Shown in pieces: positions 50,026-59,246 of a stretch of DNA of 64,000 bases; the stretch's first letter is position 1; each line of letters opens with the position of its first letter. The translations under genes and the position numbers were made by a program. The DNA comes from Patescibacteria group bacterium (lineage in GTDB: Bacteria; Patescibacteriota; Minisyncoccia; Phycocordibacterales; JAKAEA01): assembly GCA_040387855.1 (NCBI GenBank), contig JAZKCY010000001.1, positions 632,793 to 696,792 on the forward strand. The letters run 5' to 3'. Under the pieces are notes generated by a model that saw nothing but the letters and a program-made list of their open reading frames with translations, was not told where the DNA came from and did not search any database.

Positions 50026-50562
50026 TTACTCTGCACAAAATACACGGACAATATCATCACTATCATAGGCATTGATTGCACTTTTATTTGGTCCTGCAGA
50101 ATGCACGACACTCACAATCTGCCCACTATATGCTTCACAGCCAGCTTGGGTAGAACATGTATAATCTGAATCAAATATATACGAGCTACCCCATGGGTCA
50201 AGCGGTATCCTCGATATATAAGGCCCATTCCAATTTGGAAAGTTGCCATCTGTTTCATCAACTCCTGCTGCCGCTAAATCAACATAAAGTTCATTGCCGT
50301 TACCGTTGCATGCGCCGTTACATACACATTCTGTTTCCTGTAATTTTGTTGAACCAACCGTAGGTATGAACCCAGTATCAAGGGCTAATGTTTTTATCGC
50401 ATTACTTATCTGAAAGAGTTCAGCTTTTACTTTTGTTACTCTTGCTTTTTGCCGAGCACTATTCAAACTCCCCAACACAACAGCACTAAGTGTGCCGATA
50501 ATAGCAATCACGACTAAGAGTTCGATTAAAGTAAAACCTGAACTTTTTTTGTGAAGACTCAT
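50026..50562 (-). CDS. GspG-like (pseudo)pilin
   Basis: GFTLIELLVVIAIIG; WNGPY, PLDPWG, SAGPN; four Cys in globular part plus more. Confidence 0.9.
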   Translation of the reverse strand: MSLHKKSSGFTLIELLVVIAIIGTLSAVVLGSLNSARQKARVTKVKAELFQISNAIKTLALDTGFIPTVGSTKLQETECVCNGACNGNGNELYVDLAAAGVDETDGNFPNWNGPYISRIPLDPWGSSYIFDSDYTCSTQAGCEAYSGQIVSVVHSAGPNKSAINAYDSDDIVRVFCAE

Positions 50563-50601
50563 GTACAACTAATCATATCAGATGATTAATTAAATACACT
50601 G

Positions 50602-51165
50602 TTAATAAAACTTTTTTCCTTCTTTCAACATTTCTAAAATAGCAGCCATTCTTTTTGCTCGAGTCTCAGGCTTTTTTGCAGTACTCAATCGAAAAGCTAT
50701 CGCATATGTATTTGTTTTGTTAAGCGTTAAAAAAAACTCATATGTTTTTGCATCTTTTTTTATCTCGTTCAAAAAGTCTTCAGGCAATACAGTATTCTTT
50801 GGCGAATCATATGCAGCATCCCATCGTCCATCTTTCTGTGCTGCTTCCACCTGTGCTAGTCCTTCAGGTTTCATCCTGTTTTCTTTAATGAGCCGTGCAA
50901 TATGTTCACGATTTACCTTAGACCATAATCCCTTAGCTCGTCGAGGTCCAAATCGTTGGAGATATGATTCGGCATCATAGCTTTTCTTAACACTATCAAT
51001 CCATCCATAGCACAGACACACATCAAGTGCTTCAGCATAGGTGATAGTCTTTTTCCCTGATGCTTTTTTAAATATGCGAATAAACAGAGCCGGTGCTTTA
51101 GTGTGATTTTTATCAAGCCACGTTTCAAATGCTTTTTGCGTTGTAAAAGATTTAATATCTTCCAT
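50602..51165 (-). CDS. YdeI/OmpD-associated family protein
   Basis: CYGWIDS, WSKVN, DGRWDAAY, AKKPETR. Confidence 0.92.
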   Translation of the reverse strand: MEDIKSFTTQKAFETWLDKNHTKAPALFIRIFKKASGKKTITYAEALDVCLCYGWIDSVKKSYDAESYLQRFGPRRAKGLWSKVNREHIARLIKENRMKPEGLAQVEAAQKDGRWDAAYDSPKNTVLPEDFLNEIKKDAKTYEFFLTLNKTNTYAIAFRLSTAKKPETRAKRMAAILEMLKEGKKFY

Positions 51166-51168
51166 TGT

Positions 51169-51558
51169 TTACTTCAGCCGTTCTAGCTTCCCTTTTCGTT
51201 TTACAATATTTTTATAATCCCACTGGATATCTTCAGCTTTCTTGAGCCATCGTTTCAAATCTTTTTTATTGATCTGATCTAGAGATGTATACCGTGCATC
51301 AGCAGCTTTAAAGCTTCCTTCATCATTCAAACCTTCTTCTTCAAAACTTTGCCCACTCCAAAATAGTAGCCGCACTGAATCCTTCAATTTGCTATAGCCT
51401 ACAACAGGATTGCCATCCAAAAACCATACAGGATGACCATGCCACACTTTATTTTCAGCTTGAGGAAGCGCGCTTAATATTTCTTGTGCAAGTGTTTCGC
51501 AAATATCTTTATCTTCTTTTAATAGAGCCTTGTTATAAATTTGAATATCTTTATGCAT
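51169..51558 (-). CDS. DUF1801 (YdhG-like) protein
   Basis: KVWHGHPVWFLDGNPVVGY, LLFWSGQSF; start ATG 51558. Confidence 0.88.
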   Translation of the reverse strand: MHKDIQIYNKALLKEDKDICETLAQEILSALPQAENKVWHGHPVWFLDGNPVVGYSKLKDSVRLLFWSGQSFEEEGLNDEGSFKAADARYTSLDQINKKDLKRWLKKAEDIQWDYKNIVKRKGKLERLK

Positions 51559-51569
51559 ATATTGGTATA

Positions 51570-52457
51570 TTACGACTGTACTATAACAGGCATTCCAATA
51601 TCTGCCCAACGATAGAGTCTTTCTGCAACTTCTGGTGGAAGGTTCACACAACCATGTGACCATTGTTCACCAAATTTATTATGCCAATAGGCACCATGAA
51701 TGACAGCTCCATCAGTTGTAAAATAAAGATCCCATGGCACTCCAGGGAGATCATAATACTGACTACTAATATCGGGAATAGGACCTTGCATATATCTACT
51801 AGGTGTCTTTCTAAAGACAAAAAATGTACCCCGCGGTGTGAGCATTGTCTCTAAACCTGATGAAACAGGTTCCTCCATAAATAATTCAGCACCATCGTAG
51901 GCATAGAGCTTTTGTTCTGAAAGATCAACGACAATGCGTTTGGTTGTTGTGGTACTTACTGTTGCTGTATTTAAATCTCCTACATCAGTAAATACCTGCA
52001 CAGAATCAGATTCAGCAACATATAGATCACCTTCCATTCGTTCTGGATAGCGAATCCATGTAGATTTGAAATCGATTTTATACCAAGTAAGACCATCTGA
52101 AACAACACTATCGGCAACTCTAAGCACCATTCCATCTCGCAGCTTCAATACAGATGGAAATTCAGTACCTGGTCCCGATCGCATATTTACGCAGGATCCT
52201 TCACTCTTCCAATCACACCCATTATGTATCTTTATATAGGTAAATACTGGTGGTGGAGGTACTACTGGAGCTGGTGGCTCAGGCGGAGTAACTTCAATAG
52301 GTACAGAGATATCAGCTGCTATTGCATGCTGTGTCTGAGTCTGTTTCGTTAGATCTGATATTTTACCGTATGTATTATGATGCAAAATGATTCCACTCAC
52401 AGTAAGTATCGTTAATACTACTGAACAGATAAAACCATATTTTGACCACGTATCCAT
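51570..52457 (-). CDS. L,D-transpeptidase (YkuD) with SH3-like domain, membrane anchored
   Basis: VNMRSGPG; IVVDLSEQKL, TPRG, IHGAYWH, SHGCVN. Confidence 0.93.
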   Translation of the reverse strand: MDTWSKYGFICSVVLTILTVSGIILHHNTYGKISDLTKQTQTQHAIAADISVPIEVTPPEPPAPVVPPPPVFTYIKIHNGCDWKSEGSCVNMRSGPGTEFPSVLKLRDGMVLRVADSVVSDGLTWYKIDFKSTWIRYPERMEGDLYVAESDSVQVFTDVGDLNTATVSTTTTKRIVVDLSEQKLYAYDGAELFMEEPVSSGLETMLTPRGTFFVFRKTPSRYMQGPIPDISSQYYDLPGVPWDLYFTTDGAVIHGAYWHNKFGEQWSHGCVNLPPEVAERLYRWADIGMPVIVQS

Positions 52458-52530
52458 AATTGATAATAAAAAGATTGTTTAAGATTTAAGATAAGTATGC
52501 CAAATTTATTTTAATATGTATACTTTAGCT

Positions 52531-53067
52531 ATGAAATACGTTGCCCTACTCCGCGGGATTAATGTCGGTGGAAACAACAAAGTTGAGATGTCACGGCTTA
52601 AAAAGCTGTTTGAAAGCATGGGTTATACCAATGTCCTTACGTACATTAATTCCGGTAATATTATCTTTGAAACAAAAGGCACTACTGAAGCTCTAGCTAA
52701 GACTATTGATGCTGCAATAGAAAAAGAATTCAAAATCCCAGTAACTGTCGTCGTGCGTACCCAAAAAGAAATAGAAAAGCTTGATGATGCAGTACCGGCA
52801 ACTTGGGTCAATGATGAGAGTATGAAAACAGATATTATGTTTTTATGGAAAGAATTTGATTCTAAAGATGTAGTAAAGCAGCTTACTATTAAGCCGGATA
52901 TAGATGATGTGAAATACCTTCCTGGCGCAATAGTATGGCGAGTAGATAAAAATAAAGTTACCAAAAGCGGACTTATGAAAATAGTTGGCACAGAACTCTA
53001 TAAAAAGATGACAATACGCAATGTGAATACATTGCATAAGTTGAAAATGTTGATGGAGGATAAATAG
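52531..53067 (+). CDS. DUF1697 family protein
   Basis: YVALLRGINVGG, TYINSGN, TIRN. Confidence 0.92.
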   Translation: MKYVALLRGINVGGNNKVEMSRLKKLFESMGYTNVLTYINSGNIIFETKGTTEALAKTIDAAIEKEFKIPVTVVVRTQKEIEKLDDAVPATWVNDESMKTDIMFLWKEFDSKDVVKQLTIKPDIDDVKYLPGAIVWRVDKNKVTKSGLMKIVGTELYKKMTIRNVNTLHKLKMLMEDK

Positions 53068-53078
53068 TAAAAATTCTA

Positions 53079-53519
53079 TTACGAATTTCTAATTTCTAAA
53101 TATTCCTGTACACCCTTTAGCCATCCCCCTTTAAAATATTCTTCTGGCTTAAATGTTTTTATATCAGCCCAGAGCATTTCAACATGTCGTTCCGAAAGTT
53201 GTACGTCGCCACTTTTCCATGTGGCAGGATAACCAATGGCAAATATTCTTACTGTTGGATTTCCTTCAGTTGCTTCTACTCGTTCATGTCTTAGAAACAC
53301 TAAGGGTTTTTCTAATTCATATGCAAGATTACTGCCCACTTCCTGAGACATCTTTCTTGCAATAATGCTTTCGAAAGGAGCATCAAATTCATCTTTCTTA
53401 ATTCTTCCCCCAGGCAAATCCCAATCACCAAAATTATCTTTCATGACCAAAAACTTTCCATCCTTTTCTAGGAAAACCTTTACTGCTACAAAATATGTAT
53501 CTTTTTCTTGAATGCTCAT
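53079..53519 (-). CDS. NUDIX-domain protein (degenerate Nudix box)
   Basis: WDLPGGRI...ARKMSQEVG. Confidence 0.82.
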   Translation of the reverse strand: MSIQEKDTYFVAVKVFLEKDGKFLVMKDNFGDWDLPGGRIKKDEFDAPFESIIARKMSQEVGSNLAYELEKPLVFLRHERVEATEGNPTVRIFAIGYPATWKSGDVQLSERHVEMLWADIKTFKPEEYFKGGWLKGVQEYLEIRNS

Positions 53520-53558
53520 ATATAGTATTAAGACTATTTTTAGTCTATTATAGCTTAC

Positions 53559-54020
53559 ATGATATACAATGTCCCTGGTATTGGCGAGATGGAATTAAAG
53601 ACGCTCATTCTTGATTTGAATGGGACTCTTACTGTAAAAGGAATAATTCCTGAAGGCGTTAAAGTACGGCTCACGACTCTCAAATCACAAGGATATCGAA
53701 TTCTATTTTTCACTGGAAATACACGTAACAATGCAGATGAGATTGCTACATCTCTTGGTATTGAATGGATTCTTGCCGAGAGCGGTGTAGCAAAACGTGA
53801 TGAAGCATTGAAAATAGATCCTAAAACTTGTGTTTCTATTGGCAATGGGCAGATCGATCTTGAACTTATGAAAGTTGTTAAACTCCGCATAGTTACCCTC
53901 CAATCCGAAGGAGTGCATGTGCAGACTCTTTTAAACTCCGACATTGTTATTCCTTCCATCACTGATGCACTTGATCTTCTCATTGATCCAGCAACATTAA
54001 TCGCGACAATGAGAAAGTAA
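53559..54020 (+). CDS. HAD-family soluble P-type ATPase-like phosphatase
   Basis: LDLNGTL, FTGN, K, IGNGQID. Confidence 0.88.
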   Translation: MIYNVPGIGEMELKTLILDLNGTLTVKGIIPEGVKVRLTTLKSQGYRILFFTGNTRNNADEIATSLGIEWILAESGVAKRDEALKIDPKTCVSIGNGQIDLELMKVVKLRIVTLQSEGVHVQTLLNSDIVIPSITDALDLLIDPATLIATMRK

Positions 54021-54023
54021 TTT

Positions 54024-54063
54024 AAACAAAAACCTCGCCATAACTATGCCGAGGTTTTTGTTT
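54024..54063. terminator. Bidirectional terminator between convergent genes
   Basis: AAACAAAAACCTCG-N12-CGAGGTTTTTGTTT. Confidence 0.85.
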
Positions 54064-54081
54064 GTATCTAAAGTAAATAAA

Positions 54082-54426
54082 TTATTTACTTACTGTTGAT
54101 GTAGCGGTTGTTGTTGCAACTGCTGAAGTAGATGTTGCCATCATGCTTGTACTTGTTGCAGTCATCATAGTTGATGTTGCTGCTTGCCCTGAGCCTGTCG
54201 AAAGGGTGCTTGTCGCTACATTTGGAAGTGTTGTTCCTGCATTTAATAATACAACTCCACTGTTTGCATGAATATCTACAGGAAGACGTAGAGCTTCTGC
54301 GGCGGTATTTGCAGTTACGGTTGCGAAGTTTCCTGAGGTATTGATATAACCGTAAGTTGCTGCAAATGAATATGCAGGAAGTGCAAACACTGCTGCCACT
54401 ACTATTGCGATCATTAATTTCTTCAT
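54082..54426 (-). CDS. Small secreted Ala/Thr-rich protein
   Basis: Signal peptide; ATST repeats at C-terminus. Confidence 0.8.
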   Translation of the reverse strand: MKKLMIAIVVAAVFALPAYSFAATYGYINTSGNFATVTANTAAEALRLPVDIHANSGVVLLNAGTTLPNVATSTLSTGSGQAATSTMMTATSTSMMATSTSAVATTTATSTVSK

Positions 54427-54495
54427 GTGTATTCTAATTATGTGTAATGCTTTACTCTACTATACTAGCACTATGACGAACTACAAAATTGTTAC

Positions 54496-55152
54496 TTACA
54501 AATTACGTACCTCTACCAATTCTTTATCCTTCAACTGAAATTTTTTGATCTGTCGTAAAAGTTTTTCTGCACTTTTCCAATCACCAGAACTATAAAAAGA
54601 ACTTGAAGTGATATATACAAATCCTTTTTCAATTACAACTTTTTCTAAAACTGTAGCATTACCTCCAGACCATCCAGAAATAGTATCTGGAGTTCTAAAA
54701 TTCTCAACTGATTCCCCTGTTTTGTCTTGATTGTTGAGTACAAGTCGCAAACCATAAGCACAATCACCCTTAGTACATGAGCTCACCCACACAAGAGCAT
54801 CAGCATACTTATCATTATTTAAATCACCTTTATAGATAGCATCGATTTTATTGAATCCATTATCAACAGCTACTCCATATATAGTATTCCCCTGTGCATC
54901 TTGTTGAGTAAGATACTGATACTTTGCTCTGTTTTGAGAAATGAGCCCAATGTTTAAAGCATCTACAATCTGTTGATCTGTGAGATCGGTCATGTCAGTA
55001 ATTTCTATCGAACTAAGAACTCCTTCTGTATCGGAGGTTGAAGAATTTACAGAATTTATTTTTGTAGAAAGATACACACTCGCAGATATTGCAACAATAG
55101 TTATTACGATAATACTTACTACTCGTATAAAACCTTTTTCATACTTTCTCAT
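54496..55152 (-). CDS. Exported hypothetical protein with prepilin-like N-terminus
   Basis: EKGF + hydrophobic helix; GDLNNDKYADA Ca-loop-like motif. Confidence 0.75.
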   Translation of the reverse strand: MRKYEKGFIRVVSIIVITIVAISASVYLSTKINSVNSSTSDTEGVLSSIEITDMTDLTDQQIVDALNIGLISQNRAKYQYLTQQDAQGNTIYGVAVDNGFNKIDAIYKGDLNNDKYADALVWVSSCTKGDCAYGLRLVLNNQDKTGESVENFRTPDTISGWSGGNATVLEKVVIEKGFVYITSSSFYSSGDWKSAEKLLRQIKKFQLKDKELVEVRNL

Positions 55153-55257
55153 GATTCTTTTAGTATCTCATTAAAAATAAAACACGGCTATACGTATGTG
55201 CACATAGTATGGGAATAAAAATCCCCGGGTCTTGGTAGGCTCGGAGGGTACATATTG

Positions 55258-55986
55258 CTACACAGTCACGAGATCACTCCCCACAAGCTCGGTAGCTTCG
55301 TCGGCTAGCACACTCACGGCGCTTGCCGGTGCGTACCGAATGAGGATGAGCTCGTATGCGCAGCCGGATGTCACGAAGGCATCGTCCACGGGCATCACGG
55401 CTTCGACGTCTTGGTACCTTTCGTGATTGCGAGGAAGCGGCGGCTTCTGGGCTTTGCGAGCCCACTCGTCGATTGTCTCGCGGAACACGGCGATGACGAT
55501 GGTGCCCACAGCAGTCGTCTCACGAAACATCCTTGCAACGTGTGACTGCTGATTGCCCTTGGCGACAAACGGTATGAGCGTGCGTTTTTTGCGCCAGCCC
55601 TTCACCGTCCCGCCGTTTTCTTCGCCAACGTTGAAGATGTAGTTGGCTGTGTCGTCCCAGCAGACCGCTGAGTCAACATCTTCATACACGGGCACGATCT
55701 CGCTGTCGCTCACCGACAAGCCGTCGACGCCCATCGAGCACTGGTGGCTCGCAACAGGATCGATGACGCCGATCACAATCTCAAACTGCTCGCCCTGCTC
55801 GAGAGGGATGTAGCGGAAGTACCTATCCGCATCTCGGGGCCCGATTCCCACCACATCAGCGAGAGCCTTTGGTTGGAAAAATCTCACCTTGCGTACAGGA
55901 TCGCCACGCGCAGTGACAACGTTGATTCCCACGGTGATGAGATCACCGCGAAATACATCGGTGCCATTGGGGTTGCTTGTGTTCAC
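55258..55986 (-). CDS. GC-rich conserved hypothetical protein
   Basis: AGGAG before GTG; VDG...GWRK...GTIVIAVFRE pattern recalls an uncharacterised bacterial family; imperfect terminator at 55217-55248. Confidence 0.75.
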   Translation of the reverse strand: MNTSNPNGTDVFRGDLITVGINVVTARGDPVRKVRFFQPKALADVVGIGPRDADRYFRYIPLEQGEQFEIVIGVIDPVASHQCSMGVDGLSVSDSEIVPVYEDVDSAVCWDDTANYIFNVGEENGGTVKGWRKKRTLIPFVAKGNQQSHVARMFRETTAVGTIVIAVFRETIDEWARKAQKPPLPRNHERYQDVEAVMPVDDAFVTSGCAYELILIRYAPASAVSVLADEATELVGSDLVTV

Positions 55987-56090
55987 GAAGCACTCCTGCC
56001 CGGTAGGGCTGTAAGAGATATAAGAGGCAACAATGGATGAACAAACTCACTACCATAAGTATGACAAATATGGTTGAGCGGCACAATCAT

Positions 56091-56537
56091 TTACTCACAT
56101 CCCCATCCATCATTGTCTCGGTCAAGATCAAATTCATCATAGCCGAGTACCTGTACTTTCCCAGTATAATTTGGTCCATTGCCTGATCCGCTTCTACAAT
56201 CATAATCCCCGGCGCCAATTTTCAAACATCCAGAATAATTTGTATTACATACAGGTTCTGATTTCGGTTCAGGTGGAGGAACTGGTTTTGGAGTCGGTGC
56301 AGGAGTTGGAGTAGGTACTGGTGTAGATTCAGGTTTTGCTACGGATTGAGCAACAGGTTTAACTTCTGGTGGTATTGCTGGCTCCTTTTTTACTTCAGGT
56401 GTTTTTTCTGCAGCCTGATTCTGAAAAGGCATCACTACAGCTGCTGGCTGAGGTGATTGGACTGCTGAGGTATCTGACATTCCAGCCATTACAACAAACG
56501 CACCAATGATTCCTGCTCCAATAAGTAGTTTTTTCAT
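56091..56537 (-). CDS. Exported Pro-rich protein with Excalibur-like Ca-binding domain
   Basis: DYDC...GPNY...LDRDNDGWGCE. Confidence 0.82.
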   Translation of the reverse strand: MKKLLIGAGIIGAFVVMAGMSDTSAVQSPQPAAVVMPFQNQAAEKTPEVKKEPAIPPEVKPVAQSVAKPESTPVPTPTPAPTPKPVPPPEPKSEPVCNTNYSGCLKIGAGDYDCRSGSGNGPNYTGKVQVLGYDEFDLDRDNDGWGCE

Positions 56538-56546
56538 ACAAAGACT

Positions 56547-58109
56547 TTATCTCGAATTTAAATTTCTTTTAAAATATTCTCTAAGATCAGGATCAACTAT
56601 ATATACATATGTACCTAGAATACCTCGAGTTAATAATGTCTTATAAATATTAATCACATATCTTTTTAACTCTTCAGGATCATTTACCCCTCTATGTCCA
56701 TTTGTATCGTGATATTTATTTTTATTAACAGATATTTCTTTTCTTACTGAGTCATAATATATTTCTGGACCAATAATCACACCTGTGTAATTTAAATCAT
56801 ACCCTTGAATTGTATGAATACATCCCACCTCATTAATTGAGTTCTTTGAATTAACCCAATCATGAATTTGAGAATTCCAAAATAGTTTAGTGTTCTCAAT
56901 TACAATATCAGGAATACCTTTATTAGTTTTTGAAATCCACCTCCAGGCATACCCTGCAACTAATCTACTTATCTGATGCTCTTTATCTTTCTCTTTAATA
57001 TCCTCAACCATCTTATCTAGATCATCATATATCTTGAAATCATAATCTGAAAAATTAGCTTTTACATCTACTTTTGCTTCTAATAATTTATCAATGAAGT
57101 CTATGTACTCTTGTCCCCCTTTTACTCTCATCTGTGTCTTCAATTCAAAGCTGATTGGATTTGTTTTAAGCACTTTTGTCATTGAGACATCTGAAGGACG
57201 TACTGATTGCCGCTCATCATAAAAAAGCACAACATGTTTTGCTGATTGGACTATCCAATCGAGTTCTGTGCCTTCATTGTCCAATCCCAACTTTCTATTT
57301 GTGGCGTCAAAGCTTCCATAATTTGGAATGTTTTTTCTCTGACGTAACCGGTGGGTTTCATCTACAACTACTATGTCATATTGCTTTTGAGTTATTTCAT
57401 TAGGGCCTATCACCATTGATGAATCGAGACCAGGAATACTTCTAAACACTTTTTTGAGTGTTTGTCTTAATGAGGTCATTGCAATCACTATAGCAACATT
57501 TGTATTTCCAAGTTCAACAAGTCTTTTTATAAGAAAAGTAGCTAGAATTGTTTTACCTGTACCTGGTCCGCCATGAATAATATAAGTTTGCTTTTTATCT
57601 TCCTTGAAATACTCAAGGAGCTTCATCGCTATTAAATACTGATCATCGGTAAGTGTTTTATATGGTGAGTATTTAAAAATATCGCTATTTCTAATTTGAA
57701 GAAGATCGTTTTTTGCTAGCTTTTTTTCCTGAAGTGTCTTCCACAAAAGTTCAAATTTGGTTTTATATCTTTCTCTATCAAAATAATCATGATTCTGAAG
57801 ACCTGCATTTCCATTTTGTAGAATGTACTGTCCATCAGCAACCATATATTCAATGAGAGAAGATTCAGTATCTAGAGTTGCAGACTTGTTAAACTCATCA
57901 TCAGATATGATATGAATTTTATTTAATTGTTTTCTACTTTGATTATCTAAATGTTGTTTAGTACGACTATATACGCGAACGGTCTCACCGACATAGAGTT
58001 CTTTTCCATTTTCTATAAGATACACTACAGGCCAGCCACTTCCATACTTGGAGGTGCGTATTGTTTCAACTCCAGCTTGATCAAAAGGAAATGTCTTTAT
58101 GTCAGACAT
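56547..58109 (-). CDS. GIY-YIG nuclease fused to DUF2075 (Schlafen group 3-like) helicase
   Basis: VVY...YVGET...R..QH; GGPGTGKT, VVDETHRL, QMRV, GCIHTIQGYDL, LLTRG. Confidence 0.9.
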   Translation of the reverse strand: MSDIKTFPFDQAGVETIRTSKYGSGWPVVYLIENGKELYVGETVRVYSRTKQHLDNQSRKQLNKIHIISDDEFNKSATLDTESSLIEYMVADGQYILQNGNAGLQNHDYFDRERYKTKFELLWKTLQEKKLAKNDLLQIRNSDIFKYSPYKTLTDDQYLIAMKLLEYFKEDKKQTYIIHGGPGTGKTILATFLIKRLVELGNTNVAIVIAMTSLRQTLKKVFRSIPGLDSSMVIGPNEITQKQYDIVVVDETHRLRQRKNIPNYGSFDATNRKLGLDNEGTELDWIVQSAKHVVLFYDERQSVRPSDVSMTKVLKTNPISFELKTQMRVKGGQEYIDFIDKLLEAKVDVKANFSDYDFKIYDDLDKMVEDIKEKDKEHQISRLVAGYAWRWISKTNKGIPDIVIENTKLFWNSQIHDWVNSKNSINEVGCIHTIQGYDLNYTGVIIGPEIYYDSVRKEISVNKNKYHDTNGHRGVNDPEELKRYVINIYKTLLTRGILGTYVYIVDPDLREYFKRNLNSR

Positions 58110-58112
58110 ATA

Positions 58113-58460
58113 TTAAAGCTTAGTATACTTATCGGATTTTCCTTTTGCTTTTTCTACAGAATACTTTGCTTCATTCTGCTTCATTTTTTCCTCAAACAGT
58201 TTTTTAATATCTAAACCTAGATCATGTGACATTAGAAGCACCCAATACAATACATCAGCAAGCTCTTCACCGACTTTATCTTTATTCTCCACAAGATAAT
58301 TTTCAATATCACCTTCTTTTTTCCATTGGAAATGTTCTAGTACTTCTGTTGCTTCCAGAACAAGTGAGAGCGCCATGTCTTTTGCATTATGAAATTGCTT
58401 CCAGTCTCTTTTGTCTCTAAAGTCAACTATTCTTTTTGTTAAATCCTTAATTTCAGACAT
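58113..58460 (-). CDS. MazG-like nucleotide pyrophosphohydrolase (dCTPase/RS21-C6 type)
   Basis: RDWKQFH, EATEVLEHFQW, EELADVL. Confidence 0.93.
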   Translation of the reverse strand: MSEIKDLTKRIVDFRDKRDWKQFHNAKDMALSLVLEATEVLEHFQWKKEGDIENYLVENKDKVGEELADVLYWVLLMSHDLGLDIKKLFEEKMKQNEAKYSVEKAKGKSDKYTKL

Positions 58461-58549
58461 ATTTATATAAACTTATCTATAAGCCTATACCTTCTAAAGA
58501 AAAAATCAATTATTTCTAAAGTCTTCGCGAAGTCACAAGGTACCTGTCC

Positions 58550-59233
58550 CTATTTTCCAACTTCAAATACATTTGGCCATTGTCTAAGTTCGCTTGTTGT
58601 TTCACCATAAAAAATATTAAATTTTTCAATAATTTCTCGTACATGAACATGTAGGAATTGCGGCTGATTTTTAAGACTGTTTCTAGGTAATGTTAAAGCA
58701 AATACTTGGGGCTCGCTAAGACTTGTGACATTCATATCACTATTAACAAAAGAATGTTTGTGAGCATTTGCTATATCATTTAATATCTCCAAAAATGAAA
58801 TGTGCCCGGAATATTTTGATTTTATATTCCTCGCTAATTGAGAGGGCTCATTAATTAGTGCTCCTATGCAATCAACCTTCAGGATGTCAGGAAATTCTTC
58901 ATTAGCAATATAAAAGTCTTTTATATAAAGCAGTGATATGAGTTCATCTGTTGTTCTCTTTAGCCAAAAAGTAATTTCATCACTAAGAGAGTGATCGTTT
59001 ATCGGATTATATGATATAAAATCACTTGATGTTAATTCAATCAGATTTCTCTCATGCCATTCATTCAAAACTGTTATTTTTATATTAATAAGATCTAGCC
59101 TCTGTAAAATTTTAGAGACTTTTAATGTTAAATTTCCATAGGGTGTATTTGGAGGAAGATAAAATAAATGACTATTACTTATGGTTGGCTGATCATATGG
59201 ACGTTTGCCGTTATTTATAAAAGGTATTGGCAT
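58550..59233 (-). CDS. Hypothetical helical protein (very AT-rich)
   Basis: Long ORF; NAHKH motif. Confidence 0.7.
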   Translation of the reverse strand: MPIPFINNGKRPYDQPTISNSHLFYLPPNTPYGNLTLKVSKILQRLDLINIKITVLNEWHERNLIELTSSDFISYNPINDHSLSDEITFWLKRTTDELISLLYIKDFYIANEEFPDILKVDCIGALINEPSQLARNIKSKYSGHISFLEILNDIANAHKHSFVNSDMNVTSLSEPQVFALTLPRNSLKNQPQFLHVHVREIIEKFNIFYGETTSELRQWPNVFEVGK

Positions 59234-59246
59234 TTTAAGTTATATT

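Noticed and set aside
23975-56030. Shared boxA-like motif in leaders of GC-rich genes (TATTTACAGC, GTTCTTTACCA, TCTCTTACAGC)
   Set aside because: Too short and degenerate, and absent from two leaders; needs a genome-wide motif search before it can be claimed.
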